A stretch of DNA of 61,520 nt, the filler included. It is 7 parts of 7 records of this genome, joined end to end, with 100 filler letters (N's around TTAATTAATTAA, not from the genome) between each part and the next. Parts side by side here need not be neighbours in the genome. Positions count along the whole stretch, not along the records: positions 15,313 to 23,431 come from SRR2962707_5295; positions 23,532 to 31,883 come from SRR2962707_5305; 5 more parts are not named here. One strand, written 5' to 3'. The position numbers and the translations under genes are program-made. The notes below the pieces were generated by a model that saw only the letters and a list, made by a program, of their open reading frames with translations, was not told where the DNA came from and ran no database searches. This document shows positions 21,673 through 31,983 of the stretch, piece after piece. How positions within the stretch are numbered: the first letter of the stretch is position 1; each line of letters begins with the position of its first letter.

Positions 21673-21700
21673 GACCCCAGGTTCGCGCTTGGGGTCTTTT
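21673..21700 (+). terminator. Terminator between convergent genes
   Basis: AGACCCCAG-GTTCGCG-CTTGGGGTCT followed by TTT. Confidence 0.75.
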
Positions 21701-21723
21701 CGTGTGGTATCATTATACCGCTT

Positions 21724-22110
21724 CTAGATGACCAGCAACACACGAGCCAAAAGGGCTTCGCCATCTCGGGTCAGCTTCACCATTTTGCGTCGACCATCTT
21801 CCGGCGAGGTATACAACTCCAGCAGGCCCATGCCGGGAACGCCCTTTCGTATGCCAGGCCCCAGGTAACGGAGATGCCGCGACACCGTGGTGGGCTTGAG
21901 GTCCAAGCGCTGAGCCAGTTCCGAAAGGGATAGCGGCTCCCGGAATTGCGTCTCTTGGCACCAGATGGCGACCCCAAGATAGGTGTTCATCAGAGCGGCA
22001 TTAATCTCGCGTTGGTTGGAAATGAATAGTCGGTTTACGCTGAGGAGCCGCAACAAAGCGGAAAGGTCCGACATCTGCAATGCCTTGAATGTGGTAAAAT
22101 AATACCGCAT
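21724..22110 (-). CDS. Winged-HTH (MarR-like) DNA-binding protein
   Basis: LSLSELAQRLDLKPTTVSRHL...D.RRKMVKLT.DG. Confidence 0.8.
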   Translation of the reverse strand: MRYYFTTFKALQMSDLSALLRLLSVNRLFISNQREINAALMNTYLGVAIWCQETQFREPLSLSELAQRLDLKPTTVSRHLRYLGPGIRKGVPGMGLLELYTSPEDGRRKMVKLTRDGEALLARVLLVI

Positions 22111-22156
22111 ATATGAGCTAACAAGGAGTCGGCATCAAGTAGAATTTGGGGGAAGA

Positions 22157-22354
22157 ATGTTAGACCTAGCGCTTTTTCTGCTCATCCAGTGTCCGATTGT
22201 GGGCTTTGCGGTGGTGATCGGTGGCCACGTGGTGGGGAACATGATGGAGGACCGGACGGGGGCCGTTGGAACACTCCACAAGTACGGGCTTCTGGTTGGC
22301 TTGGGGTTCGCTACCACCACGGTTCAGTCGCTCTTGTCGGGTGGAGTCTACTGA
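22157..22354 (+). CDS. Small two-TM membrane protein
   Basis: 65 aa, two hydrophobic segments, GGGGGAAG RBS. Confidence 0.45.
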   Translation: MLDLALFLLIQCPIVGFAVVIGGHVVGNMMEDRTGAVGTLHKYGLLVGLGFATTTVQSLLSGGVY

Positions 22355-22356
22355 CC

Positions 22357-22701
22357 TCAAAAAGGCCTCAAGTGCTTCAGTTGGTCGGCAATTTCGTCGA
22401 GCACCTTATCCAACCCCAAGGCGCTCCTTCTTGCAGTCATATAGAGCTCCGAAGCCCTCGGATATTTTGCGGAGAACTGGTCCACCACGAGATGATCGAT
22501 CATCTCTTCCTTGTCATTGAGAATGCCTATCGTCACGCCTTCGGTATCGTCGTTGGGGTCCTTCCACTCCCAGACGCTCACACCATTCGACCCTATTTTC
22601 GTACTGTATCCTGACTTGGGTGTCTCGTTCGCTTTCCAGCTCAACGACCCATCAGCGGACTTTTCAATTAGCATAGGGAACAGGGCTTCAATCGTTCTCA
22701 T
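22357..22701 (-). CDS. Hypothetical protein
   Basis: 114-aa globular-looking ORF starting 2 nt after the upstream stop. Confidence 0.7.
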   Translation of the reverse strand: MRTIEALFPMLIEKSADGSLSWKANETPKSGYSTKIGSNGVSVWEWKDPNDDTEGVTIGILNDKEEMIDHLVVDQFSAKYPRASELYMTARRSALGLDKVLDEIADQLKHLRPF

Positions 22702-22703
22702 TC

Positions 22704-23219
22704 TTACTTCTCGCTTTTTGCAGCACTTTCCAGGTCCCCTTCCCAGCCAGTAACGATGTCCAACAACTCGTCTAATGATCGATGCATTACGCTATGGCTA
22801 AACTTCGGGCCGCCCGACCTTCCCCATTCGAGATGACGGTCTACCGACGCGATCATACGATTTATGACACCCAAGTCGATCAACCCATCCTGCATCACAC
22901 GCACTTGTAGACGCAGCGAACGCTTGATGGGCGAGAAGAGAGACTGGGCCAAGGCGAATTCATTCGAGCGCGTAGCTACGATAATCGTGTTCAGTTGGCC
23001 ACTTACGTACGCGAGATTTACACCGTCCAAGTGGACCTTCAAGCCGGAAACGGCTGCGTTAGCGGCCTCCGCTGCCGAACGAGCCTTGGCGATCTGAACC
23101 AACGCTATGCTGAGTCCGAGAATTGTAACGATGAGACCGAACCAGGTTGCAGCCACCGTCCCTTCGACCGATGCGAGGTAACAAAAGAATTCCCACTCCG
23201 AACAATCCGCCCAGCTCAA
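22704..23219 (-). CDS. Hypothetical protein with an N-terminal TM helix
   Basis: WFGLIVTILGLSIALVQI followed by a helical domain; GAGG upstream of a TTG start. Confidence 0.7.
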   Translation of the reverse strand: MSWADCSEWEFFCYLASVEGTVAATWFGLIVTILGLSIALVQIAKARSAAEAANAAVSGLKVHLDGVNLAYVSGQLNTIIVATRSNEFALAQSLFSPIKRSLRLQVRVMQDGLIDLGVINRMIASVDRHLEWGRSGGPKFSHSVMHRSLDELLDIVTGWEGDLESAAKSEK

Positions 23220-23318
23220 ATCTTCTATACCTCACCCTCAACGCTGAAAGGCTACACCGTTCATGCTCAGCGACTCAAGGTTAAAGCGACCAGCGATACG
23301 AAGGAGAAATGCCACGCA

Positions 23319-23342
23319 ATGGGGCACCGCCATGGGGCACCG
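23319..23342. repeat. Tandem direct repeat ATGGGGCACCG x2 (candidate integrase arm-type sites)
   Basis: 11-bp copies at 23319 and 23332, ~60 bp inside the tRNA end. Confidence 0.6.
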
Positions 23343-23400
23343 GCCAGAACGTGCCTTCTAAAAACGTCTGCAAAACCAACTGGATAGATAGACACCAAAG

Positions 23401-23431
<31 letters not shown>

Positions 23432-23531
23432 NNNNNNNNNNNNNNNNNNNNNNNNNNNNNNNNNNNNNNNNNNNNTTAATTAATTAANNNNNNNNNNNNN
23501 NNNNNNNNNNNNNNNNNNNNNNNNNNNNNNN
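23432..23531. other. Artificial contig spacer
   Basis: N-run + TTAATTAATTAA + N-run. Confidence 0.99.
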
Positions 23532-23593
23532 TGCTTACACTAAAAAAGCAGACAACGTGATAATCCAACAAGCTGTTTAAAAGTCTGCTTGTT

Positions 23594-23624
23594 ACAAAAA
23601 ACCCACATTGCGTGGGTTTTTTGT
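23594..23624. terminator. Bidirectional rho-independent terminator
   Basis: ACAAAAAACCCAC-ATTGC-GTGGGTTTTTTGT. Confidence 0.85.
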
Positions 23625-24018
23625 TAAGTTTGTGTTCATTTTCACTTGACGAAAACTTTTCTTCGTCTAAAATCCTACCGATAACAATAATTAACATATG
23701 TTATTTGTTGCCAAGGAAGAGGCGATAATTTTCTTTTCGACATGCTATTAAAATAATTAAGTAGTACTGTAAAAGACCATCGTAAACTCCTCGGCTAACT
23801 TCAATTTCACATTATACATCAAATTATGCGGCATCAACTTCTCTATCGAGCTAGTGATTAGAGCCTGAGGTTCACAAGTATAATTTTAATAATCTATCTA
23901 AAAATTATAAGAGTCAGAAACAATATCTTAGGGCCGTATTAAACTATGGCTTTTTAATCACTAAAGGGAATGATTTAAACAGTTCCCCTTAATTGCATCC
24001 ATTTAAAAGGGGAATGAA

Positions 24019-27000
24019 ATGGGTTTTTTTGAAACAAAGCTACGCATAGGCTTGCTAGCCAGTGCATTATTTTTAACTGGCTGTGGAGGCACAGGTGATG
24101 AGGAAGGTGGTACAACGCCAACACCTGTTGAACCAGTAAACCAAAGCCCAACAGTTACAATAACGGCTGCAGATGAACAAATAGAACAAGAAAAATTCAC
24201 GCTTAATGCGACTGCAAACGATACGGATGGTGAAATTTCGTCATATAGTTGGAGCCACGATGCGAGCTTTGATTTTATCAGTGATGGTCTTTCCAGTGCT
24301 GAAGCGAGCTTTACTACCCCAGATATCAGTGAAGACATTACTGTTAACTTTACTGTAACGGTTACTGATAATGATGGCGCCTCGACATCATCTTCTCAAG
24401 CAGTGCTCATCAAGCGTAAAGTAACCAATGTAACCATAACAGGGCTGGTTACTGATGAGCCAATTGCCAATGCTGAACTTGAAATTGTTGTTGGTGGTGA
24501 ATCTTTTCAGGTTCAAGCAAATGATAGTGGTCGTTATACCGCGGTTTTAAATATCGATGAGTCATCAACTAAAAAGTTGGTCAGAGTCAAAGCGAAAGGG
24601 TTAGATACCTTAAACCCAGGGGTTGAATTTGTATCGCAGCTAAGCTCAGTCGAAAAACTTCTCGCACAAGCGGGTGAGGATAAAACCCTCGATAGCAATG
24701 ATAATTTTGGTGTAAACATCACTAATGTAACAACTGCAGAGTTCGCTCTTTTAACTCGTGATGGTGTTGAGCTAAGTAGTGACGAAGATCTAAATACAGC
24801 ATTGTTAAATGTTGATGCAGATGAAAAAATTCAACTTGCGACATTAATTAAAATTGTAGTTGATAATCCAGACTATTCGTTACCAGAAGGCGTTAATAGT
24901 ACACTAGAGCTTGTTGCAAACGAGCAGGTAGCAAAACAGTTTGAAGAAGAAGTAACAGAGAAAGACCCTGAGATCATCGAAAAAACTAAAAAAGAAATTA
25001 AAGAAGATGATGATCTTGTAACAGGTGCAAAAGGCACGCTTGAGGGAGAGTATATTATTAACTCACCTCGTTATCACACCAATACAGCGTTTCACTTAAG
25101 CCTAATGGCAGATGGTAACGGTGAGTTTAGCGCTAATACCAGTAGCGCTATCACTTGGTCTGAAAGTGAGGGTGTGTATACATTAGAGTTTGATAAACAG
25201 GTTACGATTTATCAAAATTCAGATGCTGAAAGTTCAGAGTCTTTATTTTTAACAGGGCTTAGTTTTATAGTATTAGCTGAAAACGATGTATTTAGAACCA
25301 TCGAGATCACGCGTTCAACAGAGCGAATGATAGTTGATAGAAATTCCGCCTCAGTCACAATGACGACTGAAGAAGATGAAACATATACGACGAATCTAAT
25401 ATATAAAAATAAATCCATTTCATTATTAGCTGAGCAGCTTTTAGGTGAGTGGGTGTTTGATGCGTATGAGAATGATTACGATACTAGTGACGATCCTGAC
25501 CTACCTGAAACCCTGCAATTCTATGCTGATGGTACAGGCGATGTTGGTGGTAACAGCAGCGAAGCATTTACTTGGCAGCTAAACAGCCACAGCTTAACTG
25601 TTAACTATGATGAAGATGGTGAAATAGGGCAGCTTGAGCTTTGGTTTACAAAAGCATTAAGTGGCGGTTATCAATTAGTTGGTCTTGATACGAGCTTCGA
25701 TGAGCCGAGCGACACCCTAACAGGGTTGTTAATCAAAAAACAAGCCGTTACCACAACAAATGAAGACGTAATAGGTCGCTGGCATGGGTTTATAGGCACG
25801 TCTCAATCATATGATTTAAATATTTATAGCGATGGCACAACCATGATTGGTTTGGGCATTACTGATTGGCAAGGGCATTTAGAGGATGGTCAGTTTACAC
25901 GTAAGCGCTTCATTTATAACAATGAAGTTGTTACATCATGTGAAGGCTTTGATGCAAGTTGTTACCTTGAAAGTGAAATGATTCATGAGTTCATCAGTAT
26001 TGTTGGAAACCTGTATTACATTGAGCGCACTCTAAATTACTACTTACCAAACGGTGAGATTAGCTCTCAAGACGGCGCGATATTAGTTTATGAATACAGC
26101 AAAGATTTAAGCTACAGCGCATTTACCGAAGAATTATTAGAAAATTACACTGAGTTTTATTCAGCAGATGGCCAAACAGATAGAATTTATACTGAATATG
26201 ACGAAAACGGTAACGTAATATACGTTGTTGAATTAGAGGGGCAGACTTACACTGGCGCAACCTTTAATGACGGTGTGTTAAGTTATGACAGAGATGGTGA
26301 GAAATGGCACTTTGAACTTGTTTCATCAGATACCGGCAGCATTGTAGTTTGCCATTATAAAGATGGCGGCGCGTGTAATGCTGCCTCACAAATTACTTAC
26401 TTATCAAAGCGCCCTAAAGTTACCCTTACTGCTAACTCAAGTGGCAATGGTGAAATTTCGCCCGCATCACAAGCGTCATTTTTGTATCAAAAAGTTGGAT
26501 TTGAAATCATTCCTGGCGACGGTTTCGTTTTAGACGCAATTGAAGGTTGTGATGGTTATGTTGAGGGTAATCACTACATTGCATTTGCTGGCAATATGGA
26601 TTGTGAAATTAATGCGACCTTTAAAGATAAGCAGGAGACTGTTGGTACCTTTATGATTGGTAATCAAGACCTTTATTATGCGAGCACTTATACGGTAGAG
26701 CTAAGTGAAGATAATACAGGTTCTTTAACCTACGAGGGTAAAGTTGATGTGGTTTGGACTGAAAACTCTGAAGGGGTAGTTGAAATCACTCCACAGCAAG
26801 TGTTGATTCTTAGTGAATTCCAAAATATAGAGTACCCAGAAGGTTCACCGATTGAAGTAACTGTCAAAAATATAGCTAGCAGCCTGAGATTAATCCCATT
26901 ACCGGTTGAAGGAAGTAACTGGTATGAGTTAGAGCAGACTATCGAACAATATAAAAATGATGTATTTGTTGAAGAGACTAAAAGCTCATATAAAGTGACC

Positions 27001-30000
27001 AAAACGTATCTTGAGCAACGTTTGGCAATTACAACTGATGACATCGTTGGTGATTGGTCTGTAGATCTAGTAAATGAACAAACAGTTTACAATGTCGCTT
27101 TCAATCCAGATGGTACGGGTACAGCTCATGATATAAGTGATTTATCAGTAGAAAATTTTACGTGGCAAGTCCTTAATAATTCAATAGTGCTTGATTTAAC
27201 AGGCTCTGATACAGAGACATTTTTTGTCGTTAAAGATTTAAATGTGGGCTACCAGTTAGTCACACAAGGTACATTTGAAGATGAGCAATACACCGATGCT
27301 GGTATTATGGTACGTCGTAATGAGCAAGCAATCTCAGCTGATAACTTTGCCGGGCGCCATCAGTTCAGGGATGGTCATGATACCAACTCTTATTGGGGGG
27401 AGATTCAAGTCTACGAAGATGGAGAGCTTTTCTTTACTACAGGGACCAGTTCGTATCAAAAGGGGTTTGAGGACGGACATTTAAAGCGTGACGCTTATTA
27501 CAATACTGATACATGGGAGCTGGTTGATTGGTGTGATACCTCTGAGCCTAACTGTGAGTTTGTTGGTGGGATGGAATATACTCTAGTGGCAGTCGATAAT
27601 AATCGCTACTATGTTGAGCGTGTTAGCCATTTTTATAGCAATAATGAATTAACAGACTCGTATGCACATTTATACATTCATGATTATAACCCTTCAACAA
27701 AGGTCGATCAATTTAATGAGTATGATTTAAACTATACCAGTCTTTATCAAAATGATAGTAATGGCATTACTCGCTGGTTTATTACTTCTGGTGATTACGA
27801 TGAAGATCAAGATAAACAATATTACACTCTTAAACTGGATGATGCTGAGCCGGTAAATGTTGAGTTGGTTGACGGTAAATTAGAGTTAATACTGAATGGT
27901 CAAGATACGGTTATTGAGCTTATTGATAACAATCGCCGTAATGTTACTTTCTGTAAGCACTTAAAAGGCAATAGCTGCCAGGAAGAAGATAAAGTTTACT
28001 TATCGTTTGATGCACCGCAGCATACCATTTCGGTAAACTCGGGCAGTAACGGTCAGCTAGGCATTACCGATGGATATCAAGTCACGCATGGTACAAAAAA
28101 GTATATCGATATTATTCCTGATAACGGCTATCAATTAGATACTATATCAGGGTGCGGTGGTGCTGTTAATGAGTATGGTACTTATGTAACAAGCGAGATA
28201 TTTGCTAGTTGCCAAATTGATGTGACTTTTAAAGAGTTCATTCCATTATCTACTCAGGCAAATATTACAGATCCTGCGCTTGCTATGTGTGTTGATAGCT
28301 CAGAGCAAGAAAATTTGGAGAGTGTTACTGAGTTAGATTGTCGATGGGATAATTATGGTGAAGTAACATCACTGGAAGGGTTAGGTTCTTTTCCTAATCT
28401 TAATGTATTAGAGCTTGGGAATGTAAAAGTAGGTGCACACGCCGATTTAAGTCACTTACAAAGTTTGAATGAAATAGTACTTAATGGGGGAGGTGATATA
28501 GAGACTGTCTCTGTAATTGACCCCCAAAAAATTACAAAGTTAGAACTAATAGCACAGAACATAAGCACCATTGATCTAGCGCCTTACTCTAACCTTGAGT
28601 ATTTGGGGCTAAGAGATAACCCGCTAACAGATATTAATCTTAATGCGCAAAATAAGCTCCTACACCTAGACTTACAAGCGACTCAAATTACTGATTTGGA
28701 TTTACATAACAACGAGCTCATAGAAACGATTTCGCTAAATAATAGTGAACTAACCAATTTAGATATTGGGCACTTAACGAACCTTAAAGATGCTTGGCTA
28801 TTTGGCTTAGTTAATGTGAAAGAGTTAGATTTACAAAATAAAATTAATCTTACTAGCCTACAAATTAATTCGATTGGCGCTAAACATATTGATTTTAGTG
28901 GCCTTTCTTCTCTACAAACATTATTAATTGGAAATACGGAATTTGATAGCCTCGACTTCACTTCTTTAGCACAGCTGAGGCACCTTGATATCGTCGGTGT
29001 GGATCATTCGTTGATAACTTGGTCTCAATTAGGTCAAGTATCAGAATTGGTAATGGGCGGCAAAAATGTTACCTCTGTTGATACCTCAGTACTTACTCAA
29101 TTGAGGTCATTGGAAATCATTGACTCTAATATCACTGACCTATCAATTCCAGCAGGTAATATGTTAGAGCACTTAAATCTCTATTATAATAAAAACTTAG
29201 CCGGTCTTGATATATCAGCGTTGAGCTTATTACGCTACTTTTACTTGCAAGGTAGTTCTGTTGAATCTCTCGATTTTTCTAACAACAACCAATTATTAGG
29301 AGCAACTGTATGGGAAGCACCACTAAAGAGCGTTTCGGGCTTAGAGTTTGTTTCTGATAAAAATGCGGAATTAGGTTTTAGTGGCTTACCATTAACAGAC
29401 GAAACGACCATGTACCTGGATGATTTGCGGGATAATCAAGGTTATATCAACCTTTATTACTCAGTGAGTTATCAAGTTGGTGTGTCAATTCTGGGTAATG
29501 GTAACGTAAGCGACAGTAGTTTTTTACTTAGTGATAATGAAACGCGAGGTATTAGTTTATATCCAGATGATGGCTATGAAGTGGGGAATATTGAGGGTTG
29601 TAATGGTACTTGGCACTCAGCTGACTATTATGAAGTAGGTCCAATCACAGAGTCTTGCGAGATTAATGTAGAATTTGTTGAGGCAATCCCACTAGCGGAA
29701 AAAGCGGGGATTACTGATCCAGTACTTGCGCAATGTGCTAATAACTCTGGTTATACACGATTAGAAGAAACAACTTCATTGTATTGTGCATGGAGTGGTA
29801 ATGGTGAAGTAACATCGCTGGAAGGGTTAGGTTCTTTTCCTAATTTGGAAGCATTTCATATTAGTGAGTTGAATTTGGGTGGAGGTGATATTGATATGTC
29901 TCAGTACCCTAGTCTTAAAATTATTGGCATTCACAACTCAGGTGTGACATCACTTTTAGTTGATGACCCTAGTATGATTACTGAGCTTTATTTAACTTCA

Positions 30001-31155
30001 AACCAACTTACCAATATCGATGTGTCTGGGTATATAAACTTGGAACGTTTAGATCTATCCCAGAATGCGTTAACAGCTATTGATTTAAGTCATAATACAT
30101 CCCTTAATGATTTAAGGGTGAATAACAATCAATTAGCGGAGCTTGATGTAAGTGGTAATCATGACTTAATGTTTTTATCTGCTGAATCAAATTTACTCAC
30201 ATTTATAAACGTGGCTCATTTAAGTCAATTAGAAAGTTTATTTGTAGGTCATAACCAATTAACGTCATTAGAAGTTTCGCAGTTAAGTGAGTTAAGGAGG
30301 CTAGACGCTGGAAGAAATATGATAACCGAGCTAAACGTTACTATGAGCCCTAAGCTAACGCAATTGTCGATCTGGGGTAATAAGTTAGTAGCCATAGATT
30401 TAAGCAATAATGCTCAACTAACCTCTTTAGATTTAGGCAATAATCAACTTACTTCACTTGACTTTAATACCAACAATCTTATTGAGTATTTAGGTATAGA
30501 ACACAACCAATTAGCTTTGGTCGATTTAACAGAGTTAACGAATCTTCATCACCTAAATGCTTTTCATAACTTATTTAATGAAATCGACTTAAGTAATAAT
30601 CCACTACTGCAACACGTATATCTATCTGATAACCAGTTGACGAATTTAGATTTAACTCAAAACTCAATGCTTGTGTATTTGGGGGTTAGCGGTAACTTTT
30701 TGGAAAGCCTTAATTTAACTGGTAATAAAAACTTGTTAAGTTTGTATGCTAATCATAATAATTTTAGCCATCTCGATGTGTCAGCTAATACAGAGCTTGA
30801 ATATTTAGAGGTTAACAATAATCAGCTCAACAGCATTGATTTATCGGAAAATATCAAGCTAACCCAGCTCTACCTAGGTAGTAACCAACTGGCTAGCGTT
30901 AATATTGATAATAACCTTGCACTGACATTTTTTAGTGCAGAGTATAACGAGTTGACTGATATTGATACGAGCAACAACAGTTTGCTTGAAAATTTGTGGT
31001 TGAACAATAATGAAATAGCAGCTGTAAGTGGCTTAGAGTCGATTGTAAATAAAGCTGCCTATATTAACTTATGGGAAAACAACTTATCGGCTGATACGGT
31101 GAGTTATTTAGAAGTACTACGAGATAGCCAAGGGTATACTAATTTAAGTTTTTAA
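24019..31155 (+). CDS. Giant surface lipoprotein: PKD/Ig domain, duplicated beta-rich modules, three InlB B-repeat-like domains, two LRR blocks
   Basis: Lipobox FLTG-C; NQSP...DTDG.I.SY.W...VTDNDG PKD-like domain; three G.G...P..G(F/Y).....GC.G...C.I...F units; many LxxLxLxxNxLxxxDL repeats. Confidence 0.88.
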   Translation: MGFFETKLRIGLLASALFLTGCGGTGDEEGGTTPTPVEPVNQSPTVTITAADEQIEQEKFTLNATANDTDGEISSYSWSHDASFDFISDGLSSAEASFTTPDISEDITVNFTVTVTDNDGASTSSSQAVLIKRKVTNVTITGLVTDEPIANAELEIVVGGESFQVQANDSGRYTAVLNIDESSTKKLVRVKAKGLDTLNPGVEFVSQLSSVEKLLAQAGEDKTLDSNDNFGVNITNVTTAEFALLTRDGVELSSDEDLNTALLNVDADEKIQLATLIKIVVDNPDYSLPEGVNSTLELVANEQVAKQFEEEVTEKDPEIIEKTKKEIKEDDDLVTGAKGTLEGEYIINSPRYHTNTAFHLSLMADGNGEFSANTSSAITWSESEGVYTLEFDKQVTIYQNSDAESSESLFLTGLSFIVLAENDVFRTIEITRSTERMIVDRNSASVTMTTEEDETYTTNLIYKNKSISLLAEQLLGEWVFDAYENDYDTSDDPDLPETLQFYADGTGDVGGNSSEAFTWQLNSHSLTVNYDEDGEIGQLELWFTKALSGGYQLVGLDTSFDEPSDTLTGLLIKKQAVTTTNEDVIGRWHGFIGTSQSYDLNIYSDGTTMIGLGITDWQGHLEDGQFTRKRFIYNNEVVTSCEGFDASCYLESEMIHEFISIVGNLYYIERTLNYYLPNGEISSQDGAILVYEYSKDLSYSAFTEELLENYTEFYSADGQTDRIYTEYDENGNVIYVVELEGQTYTGATFNDGVLSYDRDGEKWHFELVSSDTGSIVVCHYKDGGACNAASQITYLSKRPKVTLTANSSGNGEISPASQASFLYQKVGFEIIPGDGFVLDAIEGCDGYVEGNHYIAFAGNMDCEINATFKDKQETVGTFMIGNQDLYYASTYTVELSEDNTGSLTYEGKVDVVWTENSEGVVEITPQQVLILSEFQNIEYPEGSPIEVTVKNIASSLRLIPLPVEGSNWYELEQTIEQYKNDVFVEETKSSYKVTKTYLEQRLAITTDDIVGDWSVDLVNEQTVYNVAFNPDGTGTAHDISDLSVENFTWQVLNNSIVLDLTGSDTETFFVVKDLNVGYQLVTQGTFEDEQYTDAGIMVRRNEQAISADNFAGRHQFRDGHDTNSYWGEIQVYEDGELFFTTGTSSYQKGFEDGHLKRDAYYNTDTWELVDWCDTSEPNCEFVGGMEYTLVAVDNNRYYVERVSHFYSNNELTDSYAHLYIHDYNPSTKVDQFNEYDLNYTSLYQNDSNGITRWFITSGDYDEDQDKQYYTLKLDDAEPVNVELVDGKLELILNGQDTVIELIDNNRRNVTFCKHLKGNSCQEEDKVYLSFDAPQHTISVNSGSNGQLGITDGYQVTHGTKKYIDIIPDNGYQLDTISGCGGAVNEYGTYVTSEIFASCQIDVTFKEFIPLSTQANITDPALAMCVDSSEQENLESVTELDCRWDNYGEVTSLEGLGSFPNLNVLELGNVKVGAHADLSHLQSLNEIVLNGGGDIETVSVIDPQKITKLELIAQNISTIDLAPYSNLEYLGLRDNPLTDINLNAQNKLLHLDLQATQITDLDLHNNELIETISLNNSELTNLDIGHLTNLKDAWLFGLVNVKELDLQNKINLTSLQINSIGAKHIDFSGLSSLQTLLIGNTEFDSLDFTSLAQLRHLDIVGVDHSLITWSQLGQVSELVMGGKNVTSVDTSVLTQLRSLEIIDSNITDLSIPAGNMLEHLNLYYNKNLAGLDISALSLLRYFYLQGSSVESLDFSNNNQLLGATVWEAPLKSVSGLEFVSDKNAELGFSGLPLTDETTMYLDDLRDNQGYINLYYSVSYQVGVSILGNGNVSDSSFLLSDNETRGISLYPDDGYEVGNIEGCNGTWHSADYYEVGPITESCEINVEFVEAIPLAEKAGITDPVLAQCANNSGYTRLEETTSLYCAWSGNGEVTSLEGLGSFPNLEAFHISELNLGGGDIDMSQYPSLKIIGIHNSGVTSLLVDDPSMITELYLTSNQLTNIDVSGYINLERLDLSQNALTAIDLSHNTSLNDLRVNNNQLAELDVSGNHDLMFLSAESNLLTFINVAHLSQLESLFVGHNQLTSLEVSQLSELRRLDAGRNMITELNVTMSPKLTQLSIWGNKLVAIDLSNNAQLTSLDLGNNQLTSLDFNTNNLIEYLGIEHNQLALVDLTELTNLHHLNAFHNLFNEIDLSNNPLLQHVYLSDNQLTNLDLTQNSMLVYLGVSGNFLESLNLTGNKNLLSLYANHNNFSHLDVSANTELEYLEVNNNQLNSIDLSENIKLTQLYLGSNQLASVNIDNNLALTFFSAEYNELTDIDTSNNSLLENLWLNNNEIAAVSGLESIVNKAAYINLWENNLSADTVSYLEVLRDSQGYTNLSF

Positions 31156-31171
31156 ACTTTATCTAGGCTAT

Positions 31172-31199
31172 AAAACGGCCACCTTGAGTGGCTGTTTTT
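31172..31199 (+). terminator. Rho-independent terminator
   Basis: AAAACGGCCAC-CTTGA-GTGGCTGTTTTT after the stop codon. Confidence 0.8.
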
Positions 31200-31344
31200 G
31201 TTTTTGAATTGAAAATCCTATAAAGTTCAACTTACGATCTTAAATTTACACTTTTTATAATCTTTCACTTAATAAAGACGCAAAAATTTCTATTCATTTG
31301 CATTAAAATTCTCGCCATACTTTTAGACTATAGGCGAGATCTTT

Positions 31345-31883
31345 ATGACAGCATTAAACAACCAGAACCTATTACAACTTCGCTTTGTAAACCAAGCTCA
31401 TATTGAGGCTGTTAAGCCATCATTTGCTAATCTTCCGGCTAACCCGTATGCCGACGGTGCGTTTCGTAAACGCCGCTATTCAGTAATTAAAGTGCAAAAT
31501 GATGAACTTGTTTTACAAGCCACGAAAGCCTTTGTACAAGATGATTCAATTAATACCTTTCAAGGTAATGTTGAGCGTACTTACGAGAACTTAGAGTCAA
31601 GCTTACTGCAAAGTGAAGGCATGAAAAGTATCGTTAATGAGTTTCGTGCTATCACAGGTATAGACGAAGACCGTGATATTGAGATCCACCAGTTTAGAAT
31701 GCTAGCAATTGAAAGCGACACGCCACCGGCGCCAGAAGGTATTCACCAAGACGGCTTTGATCATGTATGTATTTGTGGTGTATCACATGAAAATCTAGAA
31801 GGTGGTGAATTACTTGTTTATGAAAACAAACAAGCTGAGCCGTGTTTTAAAATGGAAATTAAAGACGGTATGTTTGCATTAAT
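31345..31883 (+). CDS. 2OG-Fe(II) dioxygenase family protein (3' truncated)
   Basis: R.RRYS, HQFR, PEGIHQDG (HxD), GG motif; runs into the spacer. Confidence 0.85.
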
Positions 31884-31983
31884 NNNNNNNNNNNNNNNNN
31901 NNNNNNNNNNNNNNNNNNNNNNNNNNNTTAATTAATTAANNNNNNNNNNNNNNNNNNNNNNNNNNNNNNNNNNNNNNNNNNNN
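31884..31983. other. Artificial contig spacer
   Basis: N-run + TTAATTAATTAA + N-run. Confidence 0.99.

Noticed and set aside
23700-23950. Known riboswitch in the long lipoprotein leader
   Set aside because: No recognisable aptamer consensus by eye; an Rfam scan would be needed
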